Made by a program: the position numbers and the translations under genes. Shown piece after piece: positions 40,101-55,097 of a stretch of DNA of 64,000 bases; within the stretch, counting starts at the first letter, position 1, and the number at the start of each line of letters is the position of its first letter. Origin of the DNA: Octopus vulgaris. Its lineage: Eukaryota. The notes under the pieces were generated by a model. That model searched no databases, was not told where the DNA came from, and saw nothing but the letters and a program-made list of their open reading frames with translations. Location of the stretch: the NCBI GenBank assembly GCA_951406725.2, contig OX597824.1:57722001-57786000 (forward strand), in the 5' to 3' direction.

Positions 40101-41190
40101 TGTATGTATGTATGTATGTATGTATGTATGTATGTATGTATGTATTTGTGTGTTTGTCTCCCACTATCCCTTGACAACCGGTGTTGGTGTGTTTACATAT
40201 CCGCAACTTAACAGTCCGGCAAAAGATATTGATCGAATAAGTACCAGTATATATATATATAAAGTACCGGAGTCGATTCATTCAACTAAAATTCTATAAG
40301 GCGGTGCCCCAACACCTTGAGAGTAGATTCGGTAGACGGAAACTGAAAGAAGCCCGTGATTTTACATGTGTGGGTGTGTATGGGTGCGTGTCTCTCCCAC
40401 CGGATATAATATCTATCTATCTATATAGCTATATCTATATGTATGTGTGTGTGTGTGTATAAGTGTATGTGCACAATATGGGATGGCTTAACTATGTTGT
40501 ACTTCAAGGTTCTCTTTTGTCTCCAACATTTTTTTCCTTTTTTACCTTAACAACGACATACTAGTTGCCATTTCTCACCCTACATGCAAGTGATTGTCCT
40601 CATCATTCTCCATTTTCCGCCCTTCCACAGGCATAAACGTATTCCACCAATACAGAACACCCCAGTTACTGTTACCTTCCAGGAACACAGAGCGCGAAAA
40701 TAGCTTCCAATGAACAAAGGACAAACATGGCAATTAAAAAATAAATATAGGGACATAATCAATAGATGAATAAAACGGTTTTTTAGCTCATAGTCTGTCG
40801 ATATGTGGTCACTAGTAATTCTCATCTCTCATTTTAACCACACGTATCTACTGGTTTCAGGTTCAGTTCTACTGCGTAGCACCATGGTCAAGTATCTTCT
40901 GCTATAGTCTCGGACCAACCAAATGCTTGAGAGTAGATTTGGTAGGCAGAAACTGAAAGAAGCCCGTGATTTTACATATGTGTGTGTGTGTGACCCCACC
41001 ACCGCTTGACAACTGGTATTGGCGTGTTTACGTCTCCGTAACCTGGCGGTTCGGCCACAGAACCGATAGAATAAGTAGCAGCTTAAGAAAATATAAGTAC
41101 TGGGATCGATTCATTCAACTAAAAGTTCTTCAAAGCGGCGTCCCAGCATGGCTGCAGTTTAAAGACCGAAACAAGTAAAAGACCAAAGAT
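39846..41190 (+). mobile_element. Cluster of SINE family 1 copies (about 39846-40310, 40315-40400, 40835-41190)
   Basis: Repeated gatttggtagacggaaactgaaagaagccc and SINE head/tail motifs. Confidence 0.85.
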
Positions 41191-42479
41191 ATATTTATAC
41201 ATGTATGTAAAGTTAAATGTCTGTCTCAAGGTTTTAGGTTCGTTAGGCCGGAACTTCTTTAGTGTCTGAGGACTAAAAGCAAATGAATGTACAAAAATAC
41301 CCCAACTGGTTGGGACGCCAATTCACCGAAAGAGTTCTTGCTGGCTTTTGAAATTGGGGGAAACGTGAAAGGAAGTAACTTGGTTAAAAACAAAATTTAG
41401 CGCCATGTTTGAGAAAGGAAGTTGCATCATACGTATTTTAGCCTCACACCGTCACCGTTTACTTTGGTTGTAAATTGTACTCACAGTTTTAATGTTATCA
41501 TTACTTGTTTAGCCTGAATTACTCGTAGAATGAGTAGAAGATGCCGTCGGATGTTTCTACTCCTTGCCACAGATAGATGGCTAACTTCAACAGTTATTAA
41601 TGAAGTCTGCTTCGCATTTCATTTTTCCTTTTTTTTTTTTTTCTTTTGCATCACACTCTCATAAGTCCAAGATCTCGGTATAGTCATATGAATGAATATT
41701 GCTGGACGAAACAGAATTCAGAATTCAACACGGAGTTGAACGTAATTCCGTGTTTTCACCTCAAGCAAGATTGAACGCATTCCATGTTTACGTGTGGAAA
41801 TATATAAGCATACTACGTACTTGAAATGAGCAATAACCAGCTACATTGCGATATAATTATCTTTAGTGTTATATTCATTAATTAAATATGTAACAATCTT
41901 ACCCTCAGTAATTTAATTACTGAGTGTTATTTACTAATTATGAATGACATGGTTGTACTATATAAAATGTAATTAAAAAATATATATTGCGTATTTAATT
42001 GCTATTCACTCCATTTTGTAGGTGCAAAATAAAACTCATATATGCATGACTCATTCTTTCCATATGTAAAAGAATGAGTTATGCAGTTATGAGTTCTATT
42101 CATATATAGTTTTACCTTTCTGTTATAGGTTAGACCAATAGGAAAAGTACTTCGACTGGTGAAGGGTTGCTTGAAGACACAAGGTACCTTATATAAATCT
42201 TCCGAATTTTGTTTGTGGCATGAAACAATTAGTATATATATCTATGTGTGTGTTTTTGTATCTGTGTTTGTCCCCGCCACCCCTATTACCGCTTGACAAC
42301 TGGTATTGACTTGTAAACAAGTAATCTAGCGGTTGGACACCGTAATCTACCGGTTGGACAAAAGAGACCGATAGAATAAGTACGAAATAAGTCCCGGGAT
42401 CGATTTGACCGACTAAAACTCTTGAAGGCGGTGCTCCAGCATGGTCAAATGACTGAAACAAACAAAACAATAAAAGAAT

Positions 42480-42540
<61 letters not shown>

Positions 42541-42829
42541 AGTAAATAGATGGATACGTATGTGTATAAATATACTCATTTATTGATATATTTATATATT
42601 ATTGATATACTATGAGTATTTGCTTGTGTCTGAGGGAGATCAACACTGACTAAAAGAAATAAAAATTATATACAAATTCTTCCTTCCATCAATCAGTATT
42701 ATCTTCTGATCAAATAAAATACAAAGTTATGTGAACGTGTGTTGCTTTCACTAAGTGCAAGGTTGTTTCTACACTCAATTGTTTTTTTAGCTGTAAATGT
42801 AGAAAATATCTCTTTCTTGCTCTTTTTAG

Positions 42830-44520
42830 ATTAGAACACCTCTAACGGCAGTTTTTGTCTAGTAATCGCTGCACAAGATCAGTCTCGCTTCATTAAGGAT
42901 GGACAGACCCACTCTGCAGAATTCATTGAAAATATGAAGATAATATCGACTACATTGTTTCTAGATACCTGGAAGAAACAAAGACTGAATTTATTCACAT
43001 GGCAATAGCGTACCGTCACTAGAAAATATGTAGGTCTATAAACGTGACTCCGGAGATACGGGATAGAGATTTGTCAAACATAATTACTGACAACAACGAG
43101 GTCATCATTCTTCGGGATATGACCATCCGCACTGATCACTACAGAGTAAAGGGAAGATAGTGAAAACCGGACCTGTATCCACAGAAGAGAAATATTCTAG
43201 GAGATTCTTTATACCCACTACTCTTATGATTCACTCTTACGCAATTCACAAATCTTTTGAAGGAAATCACTAATAGTTATGGAGAAATTGTTCATGAATT
43301 CACCCAAGACATAAAACCGAGACAGGAATTAGGCAATGTTTGTGAAGCTGCTAGCCTAAGAGGCACATTATATAAAACTGAGGACATCGAATTAGATAAT
43401 ACTGGCACTGAAATTAGAGAATTAAACCAAAACTACCTAAATAAATATTGAAGATAAAATGAAACTGATGAGAGAAAGAAAGGATAAATCTAGAAAAGAA
43501 GACTACAGAAGACTGAGACTAACAGTGAAAACTGAGCATATTTCTAAAAATAAGTTGGTATATATACACAAGACATCGCAGTTGTAAACTACAGCATTAA
43601 CGCAATAAATTGCAAAGTTTAGATGAAAATGTAAAATGTAACTATTATCAGGGCTTTTAAGTCACCACCCCAAGGCTGATACATAGAATATATACTGTAC
43701 CTACCCTGAAAACATGGAGGATTGAGTCTAATACAAATAAAACACAAACTAGTACGAAGTAACAATTGTAGCACTAAAAAAACTCTTAGGAGGCAAGCAA
43801 AGGAAAACTAGTTAGAATAAGGAAATAGGAAGGGAACAATAAAATACGAACTGGAAACTAGTTGCATAGAAGACAATTATTTAGATTAGAACAAAATAAA
43901 GAATTAAGAAATGAAACACAGAATTTAGAAAGAAGAAAAAGACGGAAGCAAAAACGCACACCGTAGCCAATATACTGCAAGATTCGACCAAGTAAGAGTA
44001 AGTCGTGTAGAAATCCAATAGTGACGCTAAAAGCAAGTGTCCACAATCTGATATGAGGTATATAAAACCAATGACTGGTTAGAAATCATTACAAATCTAA
44101 AGAAAGAAGACGCTGGCCACAAACGTAGTCCATGTAACCAGTATAATAAACAACTGACCACATCACTGCAGGCCTGTCCAGTCTTTGCTTAAGTTTTATT
44201 ACATTCATCGAATGAATCAGTAGTTTTGTTCACTGGGCACTTCAGCGAATAAAAAATAACAAATAAGGAGTGGAGTAGGCATGTTCGAAATACGATATAT
44301 AAGAAAACCTGACTACTGCCGTAGGCCACACTTGTCTAAAATGATACAGTGATCAAGGTAAAACTTCAGAAATAATTATCAAGGACTGGAACAAAAATAC
44401 CCATTGTTAAATAGGTGGCTGGATCCGATTTAACCAAAATATTACCCAGAAGGAGGTGAGAAAAATGTCAGAGTACAGGAATTTTAAAATTGATGTTATG
44501 CAAGAAAATTAAAATATTAG
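42830..44520 (+). pseudogene. Heavily decayed R4/Dong-like LINE fragments
   Basis: LVIAAQDQSR (about 42858), VIILRDMTIRTD (about 43101), SKNK and HPKAD (about 43540-43680) parallel motifs of the 10880-12332 ORF. Confidence 0.6.
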
Positions 44521-44546
44521 AAATAATGAAGCTCGGGCCGCTCTAC

Positions 44547-44603
<57 letters not shown>

Positions 44604-45039
44604 CATTATAGATTTTATATACAGCGTTATTAAAGCACGAGTGTACAAATGCTCTACACATCATCATTGCGCATGATATGAGTTATAACTGAGACACTAG
44701 GTGGGATAAAAAATTATGAACAAAAACAGGAAAGCTTACCTAATCATAATATATGCACAGTCCCAAAATATTCCTACTAATTACTGTGCTCGTCATTTCA
44801 GATTCAATAAGCACAACCGAAACAAGTCATTCTCTAAATACTACAAATACAGACCCTTTACAACAAATAGTAAGATTAACATAACGCACAAACTTAATAG
44901 AATAACAACTAAACGGATTGACACAGTATACAACCAGCATCCAGTAATGTAACCCAGAATACTCTACGGGATTAACACCAAAAAGTACCACACAACAAAT
45001 ACACAAGTATGCAATTATGACTCAATAAAATAATACACA

Positions 45040-45360
45040 ACAAGCCTTAATATATGTTTCAACATCAAGATTATTGAGAAGCCAGCGAAGTCCATCAGAT
45101 CATAACTATGTAGGACGTACCCCTTTGAGAATACCATATGTGCCAATGATAACTATGGTATGTAGGATTAACTGTAGAACTAGAAATGTAGTCTACAGCA
45201 TAAGATGCATAGAAGGTGCTTGTAAAGACATGAACATGACATAGGAGAGACATCTAGGAGCATTACGGAAAGACTAAATGGATATTTGAGATAATATGAC
45301 GACAAAAACAGTCCTCCATACTTTACCTATATTCCAAGGACCAACATGGAGGTAACCTGG
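45040..45360 (+). pseudogene. Decayed Penelope-like GIY-YIG endonuclease domain
   Basis: Hand translation IKIIEKPAKSIRS*LCRTYP ... INCRTRNVVYSIRCIEGACKDM (from 45167), frameshift, IGETSRSITERLNGYLR (45241-45291): the VVY...C..C...(Y)IGET.R...ER signature. Confidence 0.75.
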
Positions 45361-46289
45361 GTCAACTTGACATCCACATTTTATCCAAGCACCCAATGGA
45401 CCCAACCCTCAGACAAATACAGGAGTACGTCCTCATAAATGAAACACCTCCAGTACTAAATAGGAAATATACGTAATAGGTAATCATACCCCTATAACCA
45501 CAGTTTATATTTATATAGAGGTAGTATAGTTAGTAGGCTGTTATGTAGATGTATGTATGTGGGTGTGTGGCTGTGTATATGTATATGTATATGCACATGT
45601 ATGTAGCCAAATGGATATGAAAGTAAACAGACAGACATACAGACGCAGAGGTACATAGGTAATGTCAACAGACAAGCACACATACACACACACACACGCA
45701 AATAAAGACTGAAAAACATGAGCATATACTCACACAACTCACTTATACACGGACACATCCATACATAGAGACAGTGCATAGTCACAAAAACCCATACACA
45801 CGCAGACACACAGACATAGACATGCACACAAAAGGAGACAGAGATACATACACACACATATGCAAACATACACACATAAAAACACAAAAACGTTAACACA
45901 CAAACACGTGAATATACAGAATACATACATACAAACGTACACACATACATACAAATATAAATACCCACACACACATACATCCATGCATACACATACTTAC
46001 ATGCATGCATACAAACATACATACATACATACATACATACATACATACATACATACATACATACATGTATATGCACACACACGCTGACCCACACACATGC
46101 GCACAAGCAAACAAAAAGAACGCAACTCGGATAACGGAAAGAGTGAACAGCTACTGCAAAGGTTGCAAGACGCAATGAAAGTTTTAAGAATAATAAATAA
46201 GTAAATGAGTGGAAGCCTTATTGGTGAGTGTGCTAAATCATAATGACTCTCCCCAGACACAACAGCATGTATGTATATATGTATGTATG

Positions 46290-46412
<123 letters not shown>

Positions 46413-46518
46413 TACACACATATGTATATATATATATAGTCAGCGCCATGATAGATCGTTAGCCACTACACACATTTTTTTATCTCCTTATTTCTCTCCT
46501 TGTTTTTTTCTGTGTCCC

Positions 46519-46552
46519 TTTCTGTAGAAGAGCGTAGGCTCGAAACGTAAAA
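46519..46552 (+). ncRNA. Minimal hammerhead-like motif, family A (element about 46441-46645)
   Basis: ttt-CTGTAGA-a-gagc(gtag)gctc-GAAA-cg-TA-aaa; core identical to 5123-5158. Confidence 0.55.
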
Positions 46553-46684
46553 TACATTTTTCTATTCCTGTGCGTTATACTAATACATCTGTTTGTTTTG
46601 TACATCACCTGTCTTCGTCTTCTGTTTTTTTTCGTAAATTCTCCCTATATATATATTATTTAAGGTCACAATGCATGTATTAAA

Positions 46685-46740
46685 GCGCTACTATTAATGG
46701 TTTCATATGTTGAGAGAACACAAACATATTCTTCAGGCAC
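46685..46740 (-). ncRNA. Type I hammerhead ribozyme with intact core
   Basis: gtgc-CTGAAGA-atatgtt(11 nt)aacatat-GAAA-ccattaatag-TA-gcgc; perfect 7-bp stem II, near-palindromic stem III. Confidence 0.8.
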
Positions 46741-46890
46741 AAACCACATATAACGAACTAAAGAGTAATAGAAGAAACGCGAAATAAACTGAAAAGGTAG
46801 CATATAGAAAACACAGACAGTAAACAACGGAAAACGGAAAACGAAAACGATGGAGTACTTTTATTTGTTGAGTTTTCTTTACGGATCAGT

Positions 46891-46958
<68 letters not shown>

Positions 46959-47078
46959 GGTCCCGGGTTGAGTCGGGGTTAACCACAGTAAATAAGGTAC
47001 TCATCTGAATGAAACAGTTCTAGTCCTGTAGAAGCTCCTTCTATAAAATATATATATATATATATATATATGTGTGTA

Positions 47079-47118
<40 letters not shown>

Positions 47119-47154
47119 TATGTATATATATATATGTATGTATATGTATATATA

Positions 47155-47211
<57 letters not shown>

Positions 47212-48157
47212 AAATGTATATATTCATATATATATACAAAAATTTTATAATTATAAACATAATTATAATTAGGGTTTAGCAAAATTGCTTCACCACATAC
47301 CGAAATTTAGAAATAGCAGTTAAATACTATTCTGCTACCATTACATATCTCCCAGACAGGAACACTCTCATCCAAGCAAAGAGAAAAAAATAACGAATCC
47401 ACCCGGTTATATACGTGTTTTAAATATACACGTGTTTCCGGATTAAAGATATGTAAAAATTAATCATACCTGATTTCCATCGTCAGTATAGTATTTCAAT
47501 TGTAAATTAGAGATCTCTAACAATTAAGATATCTATTCGACCAAGCGCCATCGAACAAAATTAATATCCAGAAACCAGTACTTCCGAATTCATACAGACA
47601 AGTTAAGGCTCGCACCTTCTCCCTAATCACCCATGCGCATTACGAGTAATCCCGCAGAAACTGCAGTTTACTAACCGATAATGGTTCTTTTAACATACCG
47701 AACTACTAGGTAAAATTATTAATTATAAATTGATTAATTAATTTTACCCTTTATTATTATTTATATATATATAAGTATACGTGTGTATTTATATATGTGC
47801 GTGTGTGTATATTGTAAATGTAAAGGTTTTTTCTTTTTTTAAAATACACTCATTTTGCACGCAGCTTAAATAAGCGGTCCACCCGAAAATGCAGAAATAA
47901 ACTTATATATATCAATGAAAGATATTCCAATACCACCTAAAAAGAAATACATAAAAAGTCGGAATAAATTCTCCATTCGAGAGAAGTGAAAAAATAGTAG
48001 TCAAATATGCCCAGAAGGGACCACTGTTTTATAACATCATAATGCACTTTAAATGTGCAAATATGGACAATAACAATTGCCCGAAACGTTAAGTAGGCGA
48101 AAAAAATGAAAAAAAACTCTTTAAACTATCATATATATATATATATACCAGATGGCC

Positions 48158-48218
48158 AGATAACTGAAGAGATGGTGTTGTGGATTTCCACCTCGGCATC
48201 CGAAACTCAATTTTATCT
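48158..48218 (+). ncRNA. Type I hammerhead motif, partly decayed, in a TA-bounded element (48148-48320)
   Basis: agataa-CTGAAGA-gatg...gtgga/tccac...catcc-GAAA-ctcaa-TT-ttatct. Confidence 0.65.
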
Positions 48219-48316
48219 TGGCTATTGAATAATTGTCACATTATTTTACAGATAAATTTCCTCTATTTACATAATATTGAGGTCTCTTTCTTTCTTTTGT
48301 TATCTTACCGTTTTCA

Positions 48317-48369
<53 letters not shown>

Positions 48370-48372
<3 letters not shown>

Positions 48373-48952
48373 GGTCATCCAATATGTAATGTCCGGACTT
48401 CTATGTTTTCAATTTGTAAATGCTTTAACATAATTTTAGAATGTCTAATGGCGTCAAGTAATATTTATATGTATTTGGGCATATTTAAACTAAATCCGCT
48501 GGCAGCACCTAAAGCGTTTGAATGCTGCTTTGAAGGGAAAATGCCTGCTTTAGTGAATCGGAAGGGAGTGGTGTTTCATCAGGACAATGCAAGACACCAC
48601 ACTGCAAAGATCACGTCACAGAAGATCGAGAAACTTGGTTAGTAGAAAATTATACATTCACCTTAATCCCCAGACCTGACTCTTTCAGATTACCATTTGT
48701 TCCGTAGTTTACAGAATTTGGATAGATTAACTCTCGAAACTACTGAGGAGGTCGAAACTGACCTTTCAAAGTTCTTCTCATCGAAATCAAATGAGTTTTT
48801 CACTAATGGGATTAAAAAGCATAAGAGTAGATGGAAAGATGTCAGAGATAATTATGAAAACTATATTGACGTTTTAAGTTTTATTAGAATGTAAGATTTG
48901 ATTACTTGTTTCACTTATTTAAAATCAGGACACCACTTATGGGATGACCTGA
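48370..48952 (+). mobile_element. Internally deleted mariner element
   Basis: TIRs tcaggtcatcc...gtcc / ggac...ggatgacctga; NRKGVVFHQDNARHHTAK and SPDLTLSDYHLFRSLQN with stops. Confidence 0.92.
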
Positions 48953-49750
48953 TATATTTCTTTATGTATATATATAAACATAGAGCGAGTGAGAGAAACA
49001 GAGAGAGAGAGAGAGAGAAAGAGAGAGAATGGTATCTGTGTGTGTGTATATATATATATATATATAGAGAGAGAGGGGGGTTCTGTGTGTGTATACGTAT
49101 GTATGTATCTATGCATACGCACATATATGTGTATACACACACTCACACACACACACACAATAATATTCTGAAAGGCCGCAACCAAATGTATTCCTCTGCA
49201 CCAAATTGTTTATTATTTCTCTCATTTCCAACGTTCGAAAAACCATTTCCTGGATTGTTGCTATTTTCACATGTTCATGCACCAATGCATCATTCCTCAA
49301 TGTGTCCCGACATGTACGCGTTAGCTGAGACTTTAGGGTTGCGATCTCTGATACAGCTCTGATGGAATATGTCAGAGGGATTGAAGAGAAGTGCATGAAA
49401 TATGTGATATATGTTTTAGAGGGAGATCGAGTACGTGTGTTCATGTGTGCAAATTCATATACATATATAAATATACATTTTTAAAAACAACTAAAAGCAC
49501 AAGCGCATACACATACATATACATATGTATAAATGTGTGTGTATGTGTGTGTCAGTATGAATGAGAATGTATATAAGTGAACACGGTGAAGCTCCAAAAA
49601 TGTACATCCTGAAGACAAGGATTTGATTTACTAAATGCGCGTCCCGACGACACGATATTTGCTTATAATTAAATAAAAAATTTAACTTACTACGAGAAAT
49701 AACTCAACATTTAGATCGACAAATTCACCACTCTGTATCTGTCTCCATAA

Positions 49751-49807
<57 letters not shown>

Positions 49808-50606
49808 GTTTTTCCTCTCTCTATATATTTTTACCACACTCTTTATTACTCTCTGTCTGTATACGTATATGTCTCTCGCATTTTCAATCCCCGCTCTCTC
49901 TCTTGATATGACACGTAATTACTCTCATTTTGTGTAAAATTTGTCGTAATGTTTAATTTCATTTTATGATAGAGGGCTATCACACAGAAAGTGCTAGCGT
50001 CCAAATCCTCTTTTCGAAATTTAAATTTCTATAACATGTTTCAGAAAGCTCTATAATTTTTTTCTAGAATATATGAATCACAAACTAGAATTCAGCTTGA
50101 AAAAGTACAATATAACAAAGTAGAACATTTTTACTTAATTTTAAAATTACAAAATCGGACAACAACAGATTCTCTATGTCTCTCTCTGTGTCTGTCTGAT
50201 GCCATCTCTCAGTCTCTCTCTCTTTCTCTCTCTTTCTCTCTCTCTCTCTCTCTGTCACTTTCTTTCTTTCCTTCTTTCTCTATTTATTATTTCACTTCCG
50301 CTTTTTTCATTGTCAACTTTCCGCATCGCTTTCTCACTCTCGGCACATTTAAAACGCCCGCGCTAATCTGCGTGTGTGTGCGTGTGTGTGTGCATGCGTG
50401 AATCTGTGCGTGCACGCGCGCGTTGGTTAAAATTTTCATTAGAGCGACAGAGTCGAAATATCTCACAAAACTAGTAACTGGAAAAACACAAAGTTAGGTT
50501 ATCGATACATTGGCCCATATAATGCAGAAGTCTGTTCTGATGAAGAGGCCAGTCCACGGAGAAGGCACGGTCTGACATGGATATAGCGGCATTCTATTGT
50601 CAAATA

Positions 50607-50675
<69 letters not shown>

Positions 50676-51277
50676 CATATATATATGCTTATATATATCT
50701 ATATCCATATATATATACAGCTTACTATGCCAGCAACGTCGGGAAAGTAAGCTAGCAGTATATGTGTGCGCGCGTATGTGTATGTGTGAGTATGTGCGTG
50801 TGTGTGTAGAAATGAATGTATAAAAGAATGTATATTAGTGCAAGCATGCAATTATAAATTCTCCGAGTAGGAATCCTGATTATATGTGACAGGCAAGAAA
50901 AATAACGCAGTCGCAGGCAAAGACAATGGGAAATATATATATATATATATATATGTACAAACGTATATATATATACATATATCTGGTGGAGTATAAGTAT
51001 ATATGCTTACAACTTTATCTACATGAATATTCCAGAAAAATATTTGATCTGTATCTCTCTCTTCCTCGCTCTCTCTCTCTCACTCTCTCTCTCTATCTAT
51101 CTATCTATCTATCCGTGTATGCGAATGTAGATTTTTTACATGTATCTCTTTTGGTAAATATAAGTATCACTGTGTATACATGGAAATCTCTTATAGGTAT
51201 ATATGTATATACATGTGTACATACACACACACACACACACTCACATACATATATATACAAATATATATGAGCGCGCG

Positions 51278-51314
<37 letters not shown>

Positions 51315-51434
51315 ATACATAGACACGTGCGTTGACGAATAAGTGCACATGACAAAATATGCATATATAAACATACCAACATCGACCCAGCCAAAATTTC
51401 GAATAATTCAATATATGGATATATACAAACATAA

Positions 51435-51545
<111 letters not shown>

Positions 51546-51565
51546 GAGAGAGAGATATAGACAGG

Positions 51566-51647
<82 letters not shown>

Positions 51648-51657
51648 TATAGATAGA
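51566..51657. repeat. (GATA)n microsatellite
   Basis: Direct inspection. Confidence 0.97.
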
Positions 51658-51774
51658 GGTTTGGTGATGCTAATGAACGAAGCTCTCCGCTCTTGAGTCA
51701 TTTTATAACCTGCTAATTATTAATAGTAATTTACATATACGATAAATATATATGTATATATGTATATATATATG

Positions 51775-51815
<41 letters not shown>

Positions 51816-52078
51816 ATATATAATATAGTATATGCATACAATGCAAAGTGTCTATAATGCATACACATACTCACATGTACACACTCAGTCACACACACAC
51901 ACACACACAAACATATATATGTATGTAGGTATGTATAAAGTAATATTATATCATGTGTATAACACATTCCGCTGTGTATTTGTGTATAGGCAAGTATACT
52001 ACTGTATATATGTTTGCGCATTTAGTGAGGTGTATCTTACTGTCAGTCTCCTAGTCACTATTAAAAATTCCAGAGGTG

Positions 52079-52153
<75 letters not shown>

Positions 52154-52163
52154 GTACATATAT

Positions 52164-52253
<90 letters not shown>

Positions 52254-52501
52254 GTATGTATGTATATGTACAAAAATACACACAATACAAATTTCAACTC
52301 ATGTATATATAGGCATAGGGCATATGGCGCTTATATTTAAACGCATAAAAGTGGATACAGCAAGGAGTTGTCACTTAGTCAAACTGATGCATATTTAACA
52401 ATACGTTGAAATCAAAGAAACGAATGCGCTTATATGAAGGCAAACAGGTATCACTCTGTGTTCGAATGTATTTGGGAATTTTATATAGCAATCAATGTGT
52501 G

Positions 52502-52554
<53 letters not shown>

Positions 52555-52588
52555 CACATGTATAAACAAATATAAGTGGATATATGTG

Positions 52589-52653
<65 letters not shown>

Positions 52654-52942
52654 ATATATAAATATATATATACATGTATAATATACATATATAACATAGA
52701 TATTTATACAAACACATACAGAAAAATAGAGAGAAACTGATACATAGATACTTCTTGTAGATATATATAAATGTATATATATGAATATATATATATATGT
52801 TAATTATATAAGATTATCGGTATAAATATATGCGTGTGCGTATATATGTGTGTGTGTGTGTGTTGTGTGTGTGTGTGTGTGTCTATGTATGTGAGTGTGT
52901 GCATGTATATATGTGTGTGTGTAACTGTGTTTATTTATATAT

Positions 52943-52980
<38 letters not shown>

Positions 52981-53284
52981 TCATATATATGTGTGTATAT
53001 GTGAGTACACTCACACACACACACATATATACACACACATACATATACATGTACGTGTATGGATATGCACAAAAGTTTCCTTCGTAATCGTGGCACATCA
53101 TATATGTATACTCGTATACCTAAATATATATGTATATATGTATATATATGTGTGTGTGTGTGTGTACGCGCGCGCGTATATATATATATATATATAACGA
53201 GAGAGAGAGAGAGAGATGCTTAGACACACAGACACGCACACACACTGTAACTTTGTATGCATGCGAGTGTGTCTGGGTGTGTGA

Positions 53285-53434
53285 ATGCATGCGTAGCTTT
53301 GTGGTAAGAAGTTTGTTTCTAAATCACGTGTTTTCGTGTTCAGTTCCATTCATGTAGAAGATGTCTTCTACTGTATCCTGTTGTGTGTTTTTTTCCCTTG
53401 TGAGTGGATTCGGATGTCGGAAACTGAAAGAAAC

Positions 53435-53514
<80 letters not shown>

Positions 53515-53745
53515 TATACATACATACACACACACATATATATACATACATACACACACACATATATATACCATCGCTTGACCACCGATGTTGGTGTGTT
53601 TACGTCTCCGTAACTTAGCGGCTCGGCAAAAGAGACCAATAGGCTAAGTACTAGGCTTACAACGAATAAGTCCTGGTGTCAATTTCTTCGACTAAAGGCG
53701 GTGCTCCAGCACTGCCGGAGTCAAATGACTGAAAGAAGCAAATGA
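53285..53745 (+). mobile_element. SINE family 1
   Basis: Diverged head, internal (TA)n, conserved 3' half. Confidence 0.85.
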
Positions 53746-54568
53746 ATATAAGGATATATGTTTGCTTGTGTGTGTGTGTGTGTGTGCGCGCGCGCGTGCG
53801 TGTGAGTGTGTGTATTTGCGTGGCTCAGTGGTTAGAGAGTCAGTAGCTTGACAGTTGCTGTTTGTTATAATCCGTAACATAGCGGTCGGGCATAGGGACC
53901 ACCGATCTATTTGACTAAAGTCATTCAGCCCGTGCGGCAGCATGGCCGTCGTATAACTGAAATAAGCAACAGATAGAAATATATACCTACATGCTAAAAA
54001 TATTGTCTATATGTTCTTCTATCCAACGAATATTGATGGAATGAAATGTTTTTAATTCATGTTTTCTTCTGTCAACAGTGCATTCAAAACTTCACTGGTC
54101 CAAATTTGTTGAGTTTCCAGAAACAAAGACAGGTAAAACCTGGAAATTCTTTGTTGATAAATATCTAAGTGCGTGTATATTTGTGTTTGTGTGTGTGCTC
54201 ACTTGGATATAAACATATACACGTACATATATGTATACACGTATGCATTTATAATGCACAATATTTTGTGCATATATGTTTGCGTGTGGTGTATACCTAT
54301 ATATGATATATATGTTCACCTGTCTGCTTATGTGTATGTGTATGTGTGTATATATATATATATGTGTGTGTGTGCACGCGCGCGCGTAAATATGATATTA
54401 GATATACATATATCACTTGCATATTATGTATGTACAAAACATAAATATTCACATATTTGTGTCCGTATATAGGCTTGCGTATGTATATATATAAACATGA
54501 TTATATATATATATATGTATTTATATGTATATGTATGTGTATGTATATGTATATATATATATATTTAT

Positions 54569-54612
<44 letters not shown>

Positions 54613-54687
54613 CCACACACACACATATATATATATATACATATATATATATATGCATATACATTTACTTATGTATACACACATAGA

Positions 54688-54867
54688 GGCGGCAAGCTGG
54701 CTGATTCGCTAGTATACCGAGGAAAATGCTTAGCTGCATTTCGCCCGTCTTTACGATGAGTTCCTATTCCGTCGAGGTCGAATTTGCCTTTCATCGATAA
54801 GTACCAATTGAGCTTTGGGGTCGATGTAATCGCTTAACCCTTCCCTCTTGCAGCAAAATTTGAAACC
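54688..54867 (+). mobile_element. SINE family 2
   Basis: ggcggcaagctggc...gtcgaggtcgaatttgcctttcatcgataagtacc...aaaatttgaaacc. Confidence 0.8.
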
Positions 54868-54937
54868 AATATATATTCACACATAAGCATAGGTATATGA
54901 ATGTGTGTATGTGTGTGTGTACACAGTATGTATACAG

Positions 54938-55043
<106 letters not shown>

Positions 55044-55097
55044 TATATATGTTTATATATAATTACATGTATATATATATATATACATATATATATA

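Noticed and set aside
46995-47045. ctgaatgaaacagttctagtcctgtagaag as a hammerhead
   Set aside because: Stem II is absent and the stem III closing pair is mismatched.
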